Assembly (NCBI GenBank): GCA_043827025.1
Contig: JBDRPL010000033.1
Coordinates: forward strand, 1 to 12,080
Reading direction: 5' to 3'
Source of the DNA: Candidatus Micrarchaeota archaeon
GTDB taxonomy: Archaea; Micrarchaeota; Micrarchaeia; Anstonellales; Bilamarchaeaceae
DNA: 12,080 nucleotides
Part shown: positions 1-7,424 of the stretch, in pieces
How the letters are laid out: every line of letters begins with the position of its first letter
How positions within the stretch are numbered: the stretch's first letter is position 1
Position numbers and translations under genes: made by a program
Notes under the pieces: generated by a model
Database searches by the model: none
The model's input: only the letters and a program-made list of their open reading frames with translations
What the model was told of the DNA's origin: nothing

Positions 1-7
1 CGGATGG

Positions 8-72
8 AATTCAGCCCTGCGGGGGGTTTGGGCGGTCTCGGACTAAGGGGGTGCCCCCCTTGGGCTGAGATT
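8..72 (+). other. GC-rich structured element (possible 3' end of an unidentified ncRNA; may continue beyond the left edge)
   Basis: Closing stem tcagccc(11-17)/gggctga(62-68), extendable by aat/att with a bulge. Inner hairpins cgggg(20-24)/tctcg(36-40) with G-U pairs and aaggggg(45-51)/ccccctt(55-61). Much more GC-rich than the AT-rich flank. Confidence 0.35.
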
Positions 73-78
73 AAATGA

Positions 79-110
79 AAGAGATTAAATCTCTTCTTAT
101 TTTCTTTTTC
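79..110 (+). terminator. Palindrome plus pyrimidine/oligo-T tract; putative terminator or operator
   Basis: aagagatt-a-aatctctt (79-95) is a perfect 8-bp inverted repeat, followed by cttattttctttttc. Confidence 0.35.
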
Positions 111-186
111 GCTGTCCGGTCTTAACTCCAACCCACCAGAACATATCAATAAAAACAATCCCAACCAATAGTAATCTGGTGTTCAA

Positions 187-1068
187 ATGTTCGTAGCTGT
201 TCTATCCGATAATCCTGAATTACGTGAGTCTTTTTGCAAGTCTGTTGGCAAGGAAGTCAGCAAGGATGGCCTGGGCCTTTACTCGGCAGATGCAAATAAC
301 AAAATATGGCTAATCGATCCGATTCACTATCCTGAAAAGATCCAACCTCTTCTCTATTCTCTTTCAATGGCAGATTTTGTCGTATTGCTGGTGGATAAAT
401 TAACTCCGAAGATAGGGGAACTCATAGTTGCCATAAATTCATTGAACCTGGATCAAGGAATCATAGTATCAAGCAGTAATCTCCCAGTTTCTGGAACTGT
501 TTTAGAAAAATACGATAAAGTAACAAACAATGAAGCAGCAAAGGCAAAGATACTTGCAACTACCATAACTTCAACAAAAGAAGATCCTTTAGGCTTGATC
601 CACAGGACAGCTAACATGCCCTCCATGGGAAATGTAGCCTATGGGGCATTGAAAGGCGGAAAAGTAAGAAAACAGGATAAATTATTCCTTTTGCCTGATG
701 GAAAAGACATCGAAATAAGATCAGTGCGTGTAGATGGAAAAGATGCAGAAGAAATCTCGGCAAATTCAAGTTTTGAGATTTCATACAAGGGAGACTTGAT
801 AGAACATGGATTATTAGCCTCATTAAGGCATGGCTTTGAAGTTGAAAAGATAGTAAAGGGAAGATTCAGCCAAAGCCCGTTCTACAAGGATGAATTGAAT
901 CCAAGAGTCCATGTTTATGCCAATATGCAGTATCTTGAAGGCCAGATAACTGAAAATGATATAACCTTGAATAAGCCTATGGCTTTCAAGAAAGGACAAA
1001 GCATCTTGATCATAGATGCAAGCAACCAGAAGCTGAGAATAGCAGGAGTTTTCCAGAGTAAATGGTGA
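187..1068 (+). CDS. Archaeal SelB-like protein (aSelBL; degenerate EF-Tu/SelB-family GTPase)
   Basis: YPEKIQPLLYSLSMADFVVLLV, GELIVA and GTVLEKY are typical aSelBL segments. EF-Tu domain II-like GKVRKQDKLFLLPDGKDIEIRSV and C-terminal LRIAG. No canonical G1 (GxxxxGKS/T) or NKxD motif. Confidence 0.8.
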   Translation: MFVAVLSDNPELRESFCKSVGKEVSKDGLGLYSADANNKIWLIDPIHYPEKIQPLLYSLSMADFVVLLVDKLTPKIGELIVAINSLNLDQGIIVSSSNLPVSGTVLEKYDKVTNNEAAKAKILATTITSTKEDPLGLIHRTANMPSMGNVAYGALKGGKVRKQDKLFLLPDGKDIEIRSVRVDGKDAEEISANSSFEISYKGDLIEHGLLASLRHGFEVEKIVKGRFSQSPFYKDELNPRVHVYANMQYLEGQITENDITLNKPMAFKKGQSILIIDASNQKLRIAGVFQSKW

Positions 1069-1100
1069 ACTTCTTAGAATTGTCCTTTGAAGCAGTATTT

Positions 1101-1124
1101 CTCCAACCAGTGGCTGGAGTTTTT
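1101..1124 (+). terminator. Hairpin plus T-tract between convergent genes
   Basis: ctccaacc-agt-ggctggag (1101-1119) has one mismatch on + that is a G-U pair on -, and is followed by ttttt. It lies in the 60-nt gap between two converging CDSs. Confidence 0.45.
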
Positions 1125-1128
1125 GTCT

Positions 1129-2451
1129 TTAGTTCAAAACCTCCCAATGTCCGCCCTTATCTGGACCTACTCTTTTCAATCTACCTTCTTCTTTTAATTT
1201 GGATAAATTCCATTCAATCCCTCTTCTACTCAGCCCTGTTTCAGCCATAAGCTCTTTTTGAGTCATGTGAGGATTTTTTCTAATCAGTTCAATTATTTTC
1301 TCCACAGTTTTCTCCACAGTTTTCTCCACAGTTTTCTCCACAGCCAAAACATCATTCTGAGCATTCACCTTCCGGGGAAACACAGTCTTGAACTGGCGCC
1401 CAATTTCAATGAACTGTGCCCTTGGTTCTGCCAAGAGTATTTTCTCAATACCTCGCCCCCATTGCTCAACCATATGTATTCTATGCAACAACTCCGCAAT
1501 CAATGGATTTCTTCTTTCTGAAACCCGTTCATTCACTATCCTCTGCACAGTCAGTCCACCGTAGAGCTTTCCTGGGCTTCTTATTTCTACACAATCTGGA
1601 TAAATTGCAATGTCTATTGAACCATAAAAATGATAATCTCGATGACAAAATGCATTTATAATCGCTTCGCGTATTGCATCAGGATTAATCTCCGGCACAT
1701 CTATACGTACCAATCCCTCAATACGTTCACCTGTATGGATATTCTTCAGGATATATTTTTGGGCTTCTTCAATCAGATAAAACATATCTCCTTCATAATC
1801 TTTCATGTCAATTATTGTTCCACCTTTGAGGAAAACAGCGCCCCTCATCTTGGCATTTGAAAAGAACTCCTGCGGATTTTCGCCAAACATCAAAACTGCA
1901 GTATTGATTGGCCTTTCGCCCTGTAAAAGACCAAGCTTTTTCAGAGAACTCGATTTGGACTCAAACTCAAGACCCGCCTTTTCAACAAAAATCTTAAGTT
2001 TGGATTCACTGATATCAGAGATTACAGCTTTATCGCATATTTTATTGTCCCACCGATAAAGTTCCTTGTTCTTCTTTGCAAACATCCCTTCAATTTCTGT
2101 TGGGCCAATTCTCCGTGTTTCCTCGCCGATCCGAATGAATGCCCGCCCATACGCAAAATAAGGAAGGTTATTTCCTGAAAAACAAACTCTGATACAGGTT
2201 TTCCCTTCAATTAGTCCTTCCTTTACTTCCGGATGAATCTTTGGATCGATGTTTTCACAGATGGTTTTTGAAATATCCCTAAGGGTCTTTGCACCCATTT
2301 CAACCCCAATGACTTTTCCATCGTTCTTTATTCCAAAAATTATCTCTCCTTCGCCATGTTTGTTAAGCATGCCTGAAATGGTTTCTACTGCCTCTTTCAG
2401 TTCCGAAGTGGACTTCTTCAATTCCAGAGTTTCGGATTCTTGAAACGTCAT
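1129..2451 (-). CDS. AlbA_2 (Schlafen-like) + HATPase_c_4 ('RecG C-terminal-like') + winged-helix HTH protein
   Basis: N-terminal ESETLELKKS...MLNKHGEGEIIFGIKNDGKVIG (AlbA_2). AIREAIINAFCHRDY, IEIRSPG-like VEIRSPG, RNPLIA and VEQWGRGI (HATPase_c_4). C-terminal IIELIRKNPHMTQKELMAETGLSRRGIEWNLSKLKEEGRLKRVGPDKGGHW (wHTH). Start set at ATG 2451, which overlaps the upstream stop (ATGA); the ORF track starts at 2463. Confidence 0.88.
   Translation of the reverse strand: MTFQESETLELKKSTSELKEAVETISGMLNKHGEGEIIFGIKNDGKVIGVEMGAKTLRDISKTICENIDPKIHPEVKEGLIEGKTCIRVCFSGNNLPYFAYGRAFIRIGEETRRIGPTEIEGMFAKKNKELYRWDNKICDKAVISDISESKLKIFVEKAGLEFESKSSSLKKLGLLQGERPINTAVLMFGENPQEFFSNAKMRGAVFLKGGTIIDMKDYEGDMFYLIEEAQKYILKNIHTGERIEGLVRIDVPEINPDAIREAIINAFCHRDYHFYGSIDIAIYPDCVEIRSPGKLYGGLTVQRIVNERVSERRNPLIAELLHRIHMVEQWGRGIEKILLAEPRAQFIEIGRQFKTVFPRKVNAQNDVLAVEKTVEKTVEKTVEKIIELIRKNPHMTQKELMAETGLSRRGIEWNLSKLKEEGRLKRVGPDKGGHWEVLN
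1296..1343. repeat. Perfect 12-bp tandem repeat x4 (ttttctccacag), in frame, encoding AVEK-TVEK-TVEK-TVEK
   Basis: Units at 1296, 1308, 1320 and 1332, in the linker before the wHTH. Confidence 0.97.
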
Positions 2452-2909
2452 AGCGTGCTCCATCGATTGTTTGATGCCTCATTCAAATAGAATTCCATGG
2501 CGTTTTGGTCTTCTACAGCCAATAATAGGCGATAGTGTGTCCAGCTTAATTCTGTACGCAATGCGTTCAGTTTCTTGAACCTTAAATAAAAATTGCGCAT
2601 ATGCCAAATATTTCTCTCGTTAAATCCTGCGCCAAATTCTTTGGAAAGCCTGCTTGAAACAGATTCTATTAGTTGTCTGCCATATTCTGCTCGCGTTTTT
2701 CCTTTCTGTTCCTCTTCAACAAGTACCTGTCCTATCCCCCAGTACGCATGTACCATAGCTGAATTAACTGCAGTATATGCGCGAGATCTTGCATTTTCAA
2801 GTATCGCTCTTATTTCTTTATAGACGCTTTCCGTCCCTGATTTTTGAATATCAGCATCAAGTTCTTTTTTATTCATAGCAGCGCCATCCGCGTCAAACTT
2901 ATCGTTCAC
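2448..2909 (-). CDS. YhcG/DUF1016 N-terminal-domain-only protein (lacks the PD-(D/E)XK nuclease half; possibly a gene remnant)
   Basis: ARSRAYTAVNSAMVHAYWGIG, RAEYG, FGAGFNERNIWHMRNFY and LSWTHYRLLL. It stops at NRWSTL*, where full-length YhcG continues WSxRxLxRQI. Start is GTG 2909 or ATG 2876. Confidence 0.85.
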   Translation of the reverse strand: MNDKFDADGAAMNKKELDADIQKSGTESVYKEIRAILENARSRAYTAVNSAMVHAYWGIGQVLVEEEQKGKTRAEYGRQLIESVSSRLSKEFGAGFNERNIWHMRNFYLRFKKLNALRTELSWTHYRLLLAVEDQNAMEFYLNEASNNRWSTL

Positions 2910-2955
2910 AGAGTATGGTTGATTTCTTTGTATAATTGATTTTCGGAACAGTAGA

Positions 2956-2971
2956 CTTCCGCGCGCGGAAG
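2956..2971. repeat. Perfect 16-bp GC-rich palindrome cttccgcgcgcggaag
   Basis: Self-complementary. It sits in the intergenic gap between the Lon-like gene stop and the YhcG-N start. Confidence 0.85.
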
Positions 2972-3019
2972 CACCTTTGGATGCGAAGAATTTGAAGAAT
3001 TAGGAATTCGTTTGGTTCG

Positions 3020-4426
3020 CTATCCAGTCTCAGCCCCAGGTCTAAATGCACCAGAGCCATGGTCTGCTTTATTCACATCCCACCAGTTGGAATATTTCTC
3101 TGAGACTTGTTGTTCAATGGATTTGGAGAACTTCAATGCCTCTATAACATGCTTCTTCTCGATCAGCTCGGAAGGCTCGGAAACTGCAAAATCTCCGGAT
3201 AGTTTGATCAAACCTGAGATATTCCTTAACCTTAAACTAATGCCTTTTGCATTGTCAACTGTTTTAGCTATCTTCTGAGCTTGTGACATGAATTCTTCAG
3301 CTGCTTCTCTTGAAGCGTGCGGAATGCGGCCATCTTTCTGGATTTCCTGAGCTACGAACTGATAGAATTTGTCTATGTTGACTTCAGTCTCAGGCATAAA
3401 ACTATTCATCAATACTTCATAACCCTCTCCACGTATTCTAGAGCGTAAAGCAGGTAATAATGTTTGTAAATCATTGATGTTAACAGCACCAACTAGAAGA
3501 AAATCACAGGGAACTGCATCTACGCGCACCATTGCACCGCTGCTTGTAGGATTCCTGCCAACAATAGGAAACACCTTATCCTGCATTGCAGTTAAGATAG
3601 ATCTTTGGACATTGCCTAATGTGGATAATTCATCAACGAATAAAACACCTTCATGCGCTTCATGAACTGATCCTGCAACCACTCTTTCAAAAGATGGAGT
3701 GCCCAGCTGGTGATGGCTTCCGTAAGGATCATGGCGAACATCGCCTAACAATTCAGTTTCGCTTGCACCGCTTGCCTGGATGAATGTAGAACGGTTAAAA
3801 GGCACTAAAACCTTTCTTGCTGACTTCTTCTTCAATTCTTCAACTCTTCTTATCTCTCTCTGATTTAACAAAATAATAGTGCCATCGCTTCTTCTTTCAT
3901 AGATAAGCTCTTCTTCCTGACCGCTTGCTGATCTTCTGCGGGTAGTAACACTGGAAAATGATTTAGTTGCTTCAGGCTCATTGACAAAGCCGCTTCTTGA
4001 AAATTTGTCAGCCCCACAGCTTGAACAGGTTGAAATGGTATAATCACTTGACGCACCGCATCTTTTACACCTGAAACCTAATCTTTCAGATACGAAAGTA
4101 GGAACATCTAATGGAGATACCTTTAATCCAACCACTTCTATCTGGTTCTGCTTAGGATCTATTTGGTTTAGCAGTCTAGCTTCAGCTATTGGCCTTTCTG
4201 GATTTTCCGGATTTTGAAGAACTGAAATCTCAAACCTTGGCTTAGGCAAAACACTTGCAATTGCCTGGGCTATCATGCTTTTACCAGTTCCTGGAGGCCC
4301 TACTAGGAGTAAATGTCTTCTTTGCCTTGGCGCAAGATGAGCAATTCTCACAACATCATCCTGGCCTATTATCTTGTCAAAAGGATTAGTTGGAATCTTG
4401 ATATCTGCAGTTGTCTCAAAATCCAT
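3020..4426 (-). CDS. Archaeal LonB-related AAA+ ATPase lacking the protease domain, with a Zn-ribbon insertion
   Basis: DKIIGQD, Walker A GPPGTGKS, LLGDVRHDPY, AGSVHEAHEGVLFVDE (Walker B), SSGAMVR, VPCDFLLVGA and PALRSRIRGEGYE. CKRC...CSSC at aa 120-137. It ends at 468 aa without the Ser-Lys protease domain or transmembrane segments. Confidence 0.9.
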   Translation of the reverse strand: MDFETTADIKIPTNPFDKIIGQDDVVRIAHLAPRQRRHLLLVGPPGTGKSMIAQAIASVLPKPRFEISVLQNPENPERPIAEARLLNQIDPKQNQIEVVGLKVSPLDVPTFVSERLGFRCKRCGASSDYTISTCSSCGADKFSRSGFVNEPEATKSFSSVTTRRRSASGQEEELIYERRSDGTIILLNQREIRRVEELKKKSARKVLVPFNRSTFIQASGASETELLGDVRHDPYGSHHQLGTPSFERVVAGSVHEAHEGVLFVDELSTLGNVQRSILTAMQDKVFPIVGRNPTSSGAMVRVDAVPCDFLLVGAVNINDLQTLLPALRSRIRGEGYEVLMNSFMPETEVNIDKFYQFVAQEIQKDGRIPHASREAAEEFMSQAQKIAKTVDNAKGISLRLRNISGLIKLSGDFAVSEPSELIEKKHVIEALKFSKSIEQQVSEKYSNWWDVNKADHGSGAFRPGAETG

Positions 4427-4447
4427 GCTTTTACATTACAGACTAAT

Positions 4448-4455
4448 TATTTAAA
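4448..4455 (-). promoter_or_regulatory. Putative TATA box for the Lon-like ATPase (leaderless mRNA)
   Basis: TTTAAATA on - strand, 22-29 nt upstream of ATG 4426. Confidence 0.55.
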
Positions 4456-4477
4456 GATGAGCTAGTTTCCTAAGGAT

Positions 4478-4485
4478 TTTTAATT
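4478..4485 (+). promoter_or_regulatory. Putative TATA box for the small membrane ORF (divergent promoter pair)
   Basis: TTTTAATT, 22-29 nt upstream of ATG 4507. Confidence 0.4.
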
Positions 4486-4506
4486 GATTGGTGAGTTATC
4501 TAAGTG

Positions 4507-4704
4507 ATGGATAAAATAGTGATCTATGTTGTTGCTACGCTTGTTTTGCTAGGTGGAGTTTTTCTTGTGATAAGTCCTTCACTTACTCCTAAAACTCCTT
4601 CTAAATATGGCATTATGTTATTTGTAAACATGGATTACACAAATGGCAGCAATATTGAAGGAAGCTTGGATGACCGTGCGCTTAAGGCGGTTTATGGGGT
4701 TTAG
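4507..4704 (+). CDS. Small protein with an N-terminal transmembrane/signal helix; possibly a truncated secreted enzyme
   Basis: MDK followed by hydrophobic IVIYVVATLVLLGGVFLVI and a Pro/Ser/Thr linker. Correctly spaced TATA-like box upstream. Confidence 0.5.
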   Translation: MDKIVIYVVATLVLLGGVFLVISPSLTPKTPSKYGIMLFVNMDYTNGSNIEGSLDDRALKAVYGV

Positions 4705-4771
4705 GATTCTTGAATGTGCAAATGAACCGTAAATTTATAAACTGACAGTTGAAATGCACATGTTTTCTGTG

Positions 4772-4785
4772 GTAAATTATATATA
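4772..4785 (+). promoter_or_regulatory. Putative BRE/TATA for the subtilase operon
   Basis: gtaaattatatata about 40 nt upstream of ATG 4822. A similar gtaaatttataaa occurs at 4729-4741. Confidence 0.4.
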
Positions 4786-4821
4786 CTCGTTATGTAGTCA
4801 ATTAAAGCCCAAGGGTAAGGT

Positions 4822-7401
4822 ATGAGGCTTAGACACGAACAGGCCAATTCAGTTTTACGAAAAGACAGACACACTCAGACTTTTGGACAGAAGCTTAAAG
4901 CTGGAATAATCAATACAGCAAAGAAATGGGGAAGAGGATTGCTCGTTGCTGGATTGATTACTGCACCAAGTGCTGGGGCGATGGTTGGATGTCAAAGCAC
5001 TTCACCAACTCAAACATCAACTCAAGATGCTGGCTCAAAAACTGATCAGGATAGCAGTACAACAGAAACAGGAGCTCAGACTGGTAGCGGGATATGGGCT
5101 GAACCATACAGAGGCGAAGTTCTTCAGGATGCAGATGGGAATTATTATATGGCAGATAGATTCATAGTAAAGTTCAAAGAACCGATCACCAGAGAAGATG
5201 TAGAAAAATTATTAGGGAAATTCAACGGTAGAGTTACAGGGCAGATTCCTGGATTGAATGCCTTTGAGATAGAAGCAAAAGGAAAACTAGAAACAGGAAT
5301 AAGTGAAATGGGCAAACTGGAAGGAGTGGAATTTGCTGGAAGGAATTATTATGCAACAGCAACTGAATCACCAACACCTTTTGATAATGATCGATATACA
5401 ACACAGAAAGCAAAAATGTATGAAACATTGTGGTGGGCAAGACAAATTCAATTAACTGAGGGCCATAAACTACTGGCCGAAGTTGGACTTCACCCAATTA
5501 CAGTAGCTGTTTTGGACACTTCTTTTGATCTGGAAATGAGTCAGTTGCATGATAGATACGTCCCTAAGCAATATCACAAAGATACAGGAGATAACGATGG
5601 AAATGTAACTAACGCAAACATGTGGGGCAATCAAGAAAGTGAAGATATAGTGCTTGCAACACACGGAACACGCGTAGTTAGCATTTTAGCTTCTTCAAAT
5701 AATAATCAGGTGGAAAATCCAGCGGATTTTTTGATGAATGGTGTTGCATATCAGCCACAAATCAAAATACTGCCCATAAAACTAGGATCAAGTAATTTAC
5801 TACAACAGTTCTTGGCAGGAGCAGGAATACTCGTAATGTCAGATGATTTCAGAATTAGTTCTGGATTGCAACATGTTGATGATTTAACTGATGAACTTAA
5901 TATCAAAGTTGTAAATCTTTCATTTGAGATGAAAAAAGGTGCCAGAGCCATGCTAATGCCATCTGCATTATCTTCTCTTATTTCAAAAGGTGTAATTGTT
6001 GTTGCTTCTGCAGGTAACAATGGCCAACGCATAAATGATTTTCCATTTAAAGTCTATCCAGCTGGTTTTCCAGGTGTTATATCAGTAGGTGCAACTATGC
6101 TTATGAACGCATATGAAGGTGATGAGAAAAGATGGGTGAGAAGTGAACATTCCTCGAATTATTTTGTAAGTTCATCTAATCTTGCTGCACCAGGAGGTTA
6201 TATAAGCACACTGGAAAGATATCCGGACCAACAAAAAGAATCAATCCAGTATGGTGATGGGACTTCATTTTCCGCTCCAATAACCGCAGGACTGGTCGCC
6301 TTGATGAAATCTATAAATCCGGAGTTAACTTACGAAGAAACGGTAGAGCTACTGCAAAGAAGCGCGGATAGAGTTCTTTTAGACACTGACCCAAAGCCTG
6401 AGCTTAGAAACAGTGTATGGAATAGAATTAATGTCCACACTACTCTAGCAAATCAACTTGGAGTGCCATTCATGAAAACAGAGGATAATGCCAGAACTGT
6501 AACCTATTTGGACTGCAGAGTTCTTCATTTAAGAGAAGTATTAGATACTAATAATTTTAAGCTAATCAATGGTAAACTCATTTATTCTTTCGAATCCAGC
6601 CCAGATAGCTGCTACCTGAGCCATGACGTTGAAACTGACGAAACCCAAGAACTCCCAATATGCTGTCACGATGAGTCTAATTATGGCCCAAAATATTCAG
6701 GAGAAGAAATGAGTTGTAGAGGCTATTATAACCCGGATAACATAATACGCATCAATGTAAGAACAGGCGCAAGACAGGATTTGAATATTAGCGGAGTATC
6801 AATTTCTTCACAGATTTGTACTGGAGATTATGCTCTGTGGAATGACAGTATTGTATATTCAAGCCTGAATGTAGGGCTAGTCCTTCGCAATCTTAGTACA
6901 AATGAAGACAGAGTTCTCTTTGAATCCTATAGTACGGATCAATTCCAGCTCTCAGGAAATATATTGCTCTTCCTTTCTTTTTCTACGGGAATCCACTGGA
7001 TAGATTTAAGCTCGGGACAGACAGAACCGATATCTCCATATTATTATTTTGATATGGAACTTGTTGGAAGAAAAATTGTAGGTAATACTGAGAGCATGGG
7101 TGGTATTTTAGCTGTTTATGATATAGACTCAAAACAGGAAACAACCATAGAAGAAGCGGGTCAATGGGGTTCCACAAGATTCATGACTGATCTTCAAGTC
7201 TCTGGAAGATTTGTTGCGTATAGCTATCCGCCATGGTATCACCCTAGTTTTAAGCTATATGAGCTTTCTTCAGGAACAAAATTCAGAGTTTATCCTGCAA
7301 TTACCTCATTCCCAAGAGTTTCTGTTGATGAGAATGCTTTTGTCACAGTATCTACAAACCCAAAAACAAGTGAACAAACGGTCAAACTATGCCATTTTTA
7401 A
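4822..7401 (+). CDS. S8 family (subtilisin-like) serine protease, predicted lipoprotein, with propeptide and C-terminal beta-propeller
   Basis: Catalytic triad D232 (VAVLDTS), H281 (HGTRV), S482 (GDGTSFSAP) and oxyanion N399 (SAGN). I9-like propeptide (DRFIVKFK). Lipobox-like MVGC (C57). C-terminal xxxDLxTGxxxxI-type repeats. Confidence 0.93.
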   Translation: MRLRHEQANSVLRKDRHTQTFGQKLKAGIINTAKKWGRGLLVAGLITAPSAGAMVGCQSTSPTQTSTQDAGSKTDQDSSTTETGAQTGSGIWAEPYRGEVLQDADGNYYMADRFIVKFKEPITREDVEKLLGKFNGRVTGQIPGLNAFEIEAKGKLETGISEMGKLEGVEFAGRNYYATATESPTPFDNDRYTTQKAKMYETLWWARQIQLTEGHKLLAEVGLHPITVAVLDTSFDLEMSQLHDRYVPKQYHKDTGDNDGNVTNANMWGNQESEDIVLATHGTRVVSILASSNNNQVENPADFLMNGVAYQPQIKILPIKLGSSNLLQQFLAGAGILVMSDDFRISSGLQHVDDLTDELNIKVVNLSFEMKKGARAMLMPSALSSLISKGVIVVASAGNNGQRINDFPFKVYPAGFPGVISVGATMLMNAYEGDEKRWVRSEHSSNYFVSSSNLAAPGGYISTLERYPDQQKESIQYGDGTSFSAPITAGLVALMKSINPELTYEETVELLQRSADRVLLDTDPKPELRNSVWNRINVHTTLANQLGVPFMKTEDNARTVTYLDCRVLHLREVLDTNNFKLINGKLIYSFESSPDSCYLSHDVETDETQELPICCHDESNYGPKYSGEEMSCRGYYNPDNIIRINVRTGARQDLNISGVSISSQICTGDYALWNDSIVYSSLNVGLVLRNLSTNEDRVLFESYSTDQFQLSGNILLFLSFSTGIHWIDLSSGQTEPISPYYYFDMELVGRKIVGNTESMGGILAVYDIDSKQETTIEEAGQWGSTRFMTDLQVSGRFVAYSYPPWYHPSFKLYELSSGTKFRVYPAITSFPRVSVDENAFVTVSTNPKTSEQTVKLCHF

Positions 7402-7424
7402 GGTTTGAAGGAGGAGGTTAAGGT

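Noticed and set aside
1..80. Fluoride riboswitch (GAUGGAAUUC start), hammerhead (CUGA...GAAA) or tRNA
   Set aside because: The fluoride-type 3' GCUrAUGAxxCCU segment is absent, CUGANGA is not matched, and there is no T-loop or cloverleaf.
187..1068. True SelB / selenocysteine system
   Set aside because: No functional G motifs, too short, and no Sec genes or supported in-frame UGA read-through in the window.
1296..1343. CRISPR array
   Set aside because: The 12-bp units have no spacers, lie inside a CDS, and there are no cas genes.
1129..2451. RecG DNA helicase (a common automatic label for this family)
   Set aside because: No SF2 helicase motifs (Walker A, DExH); only the AlbA_2/HATPase_c_4/HTH domains are present.
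3020..7401. IetAS-like AAA-ATPase + S8 protease system, or S8 acting as the missing Lon protease
   Set aside because: The genes are divergent and separated by another ORF. The ATPase is LonB-type and cytoplasmic, while the S8 has an export/lipoprotein signal and a propeptide.
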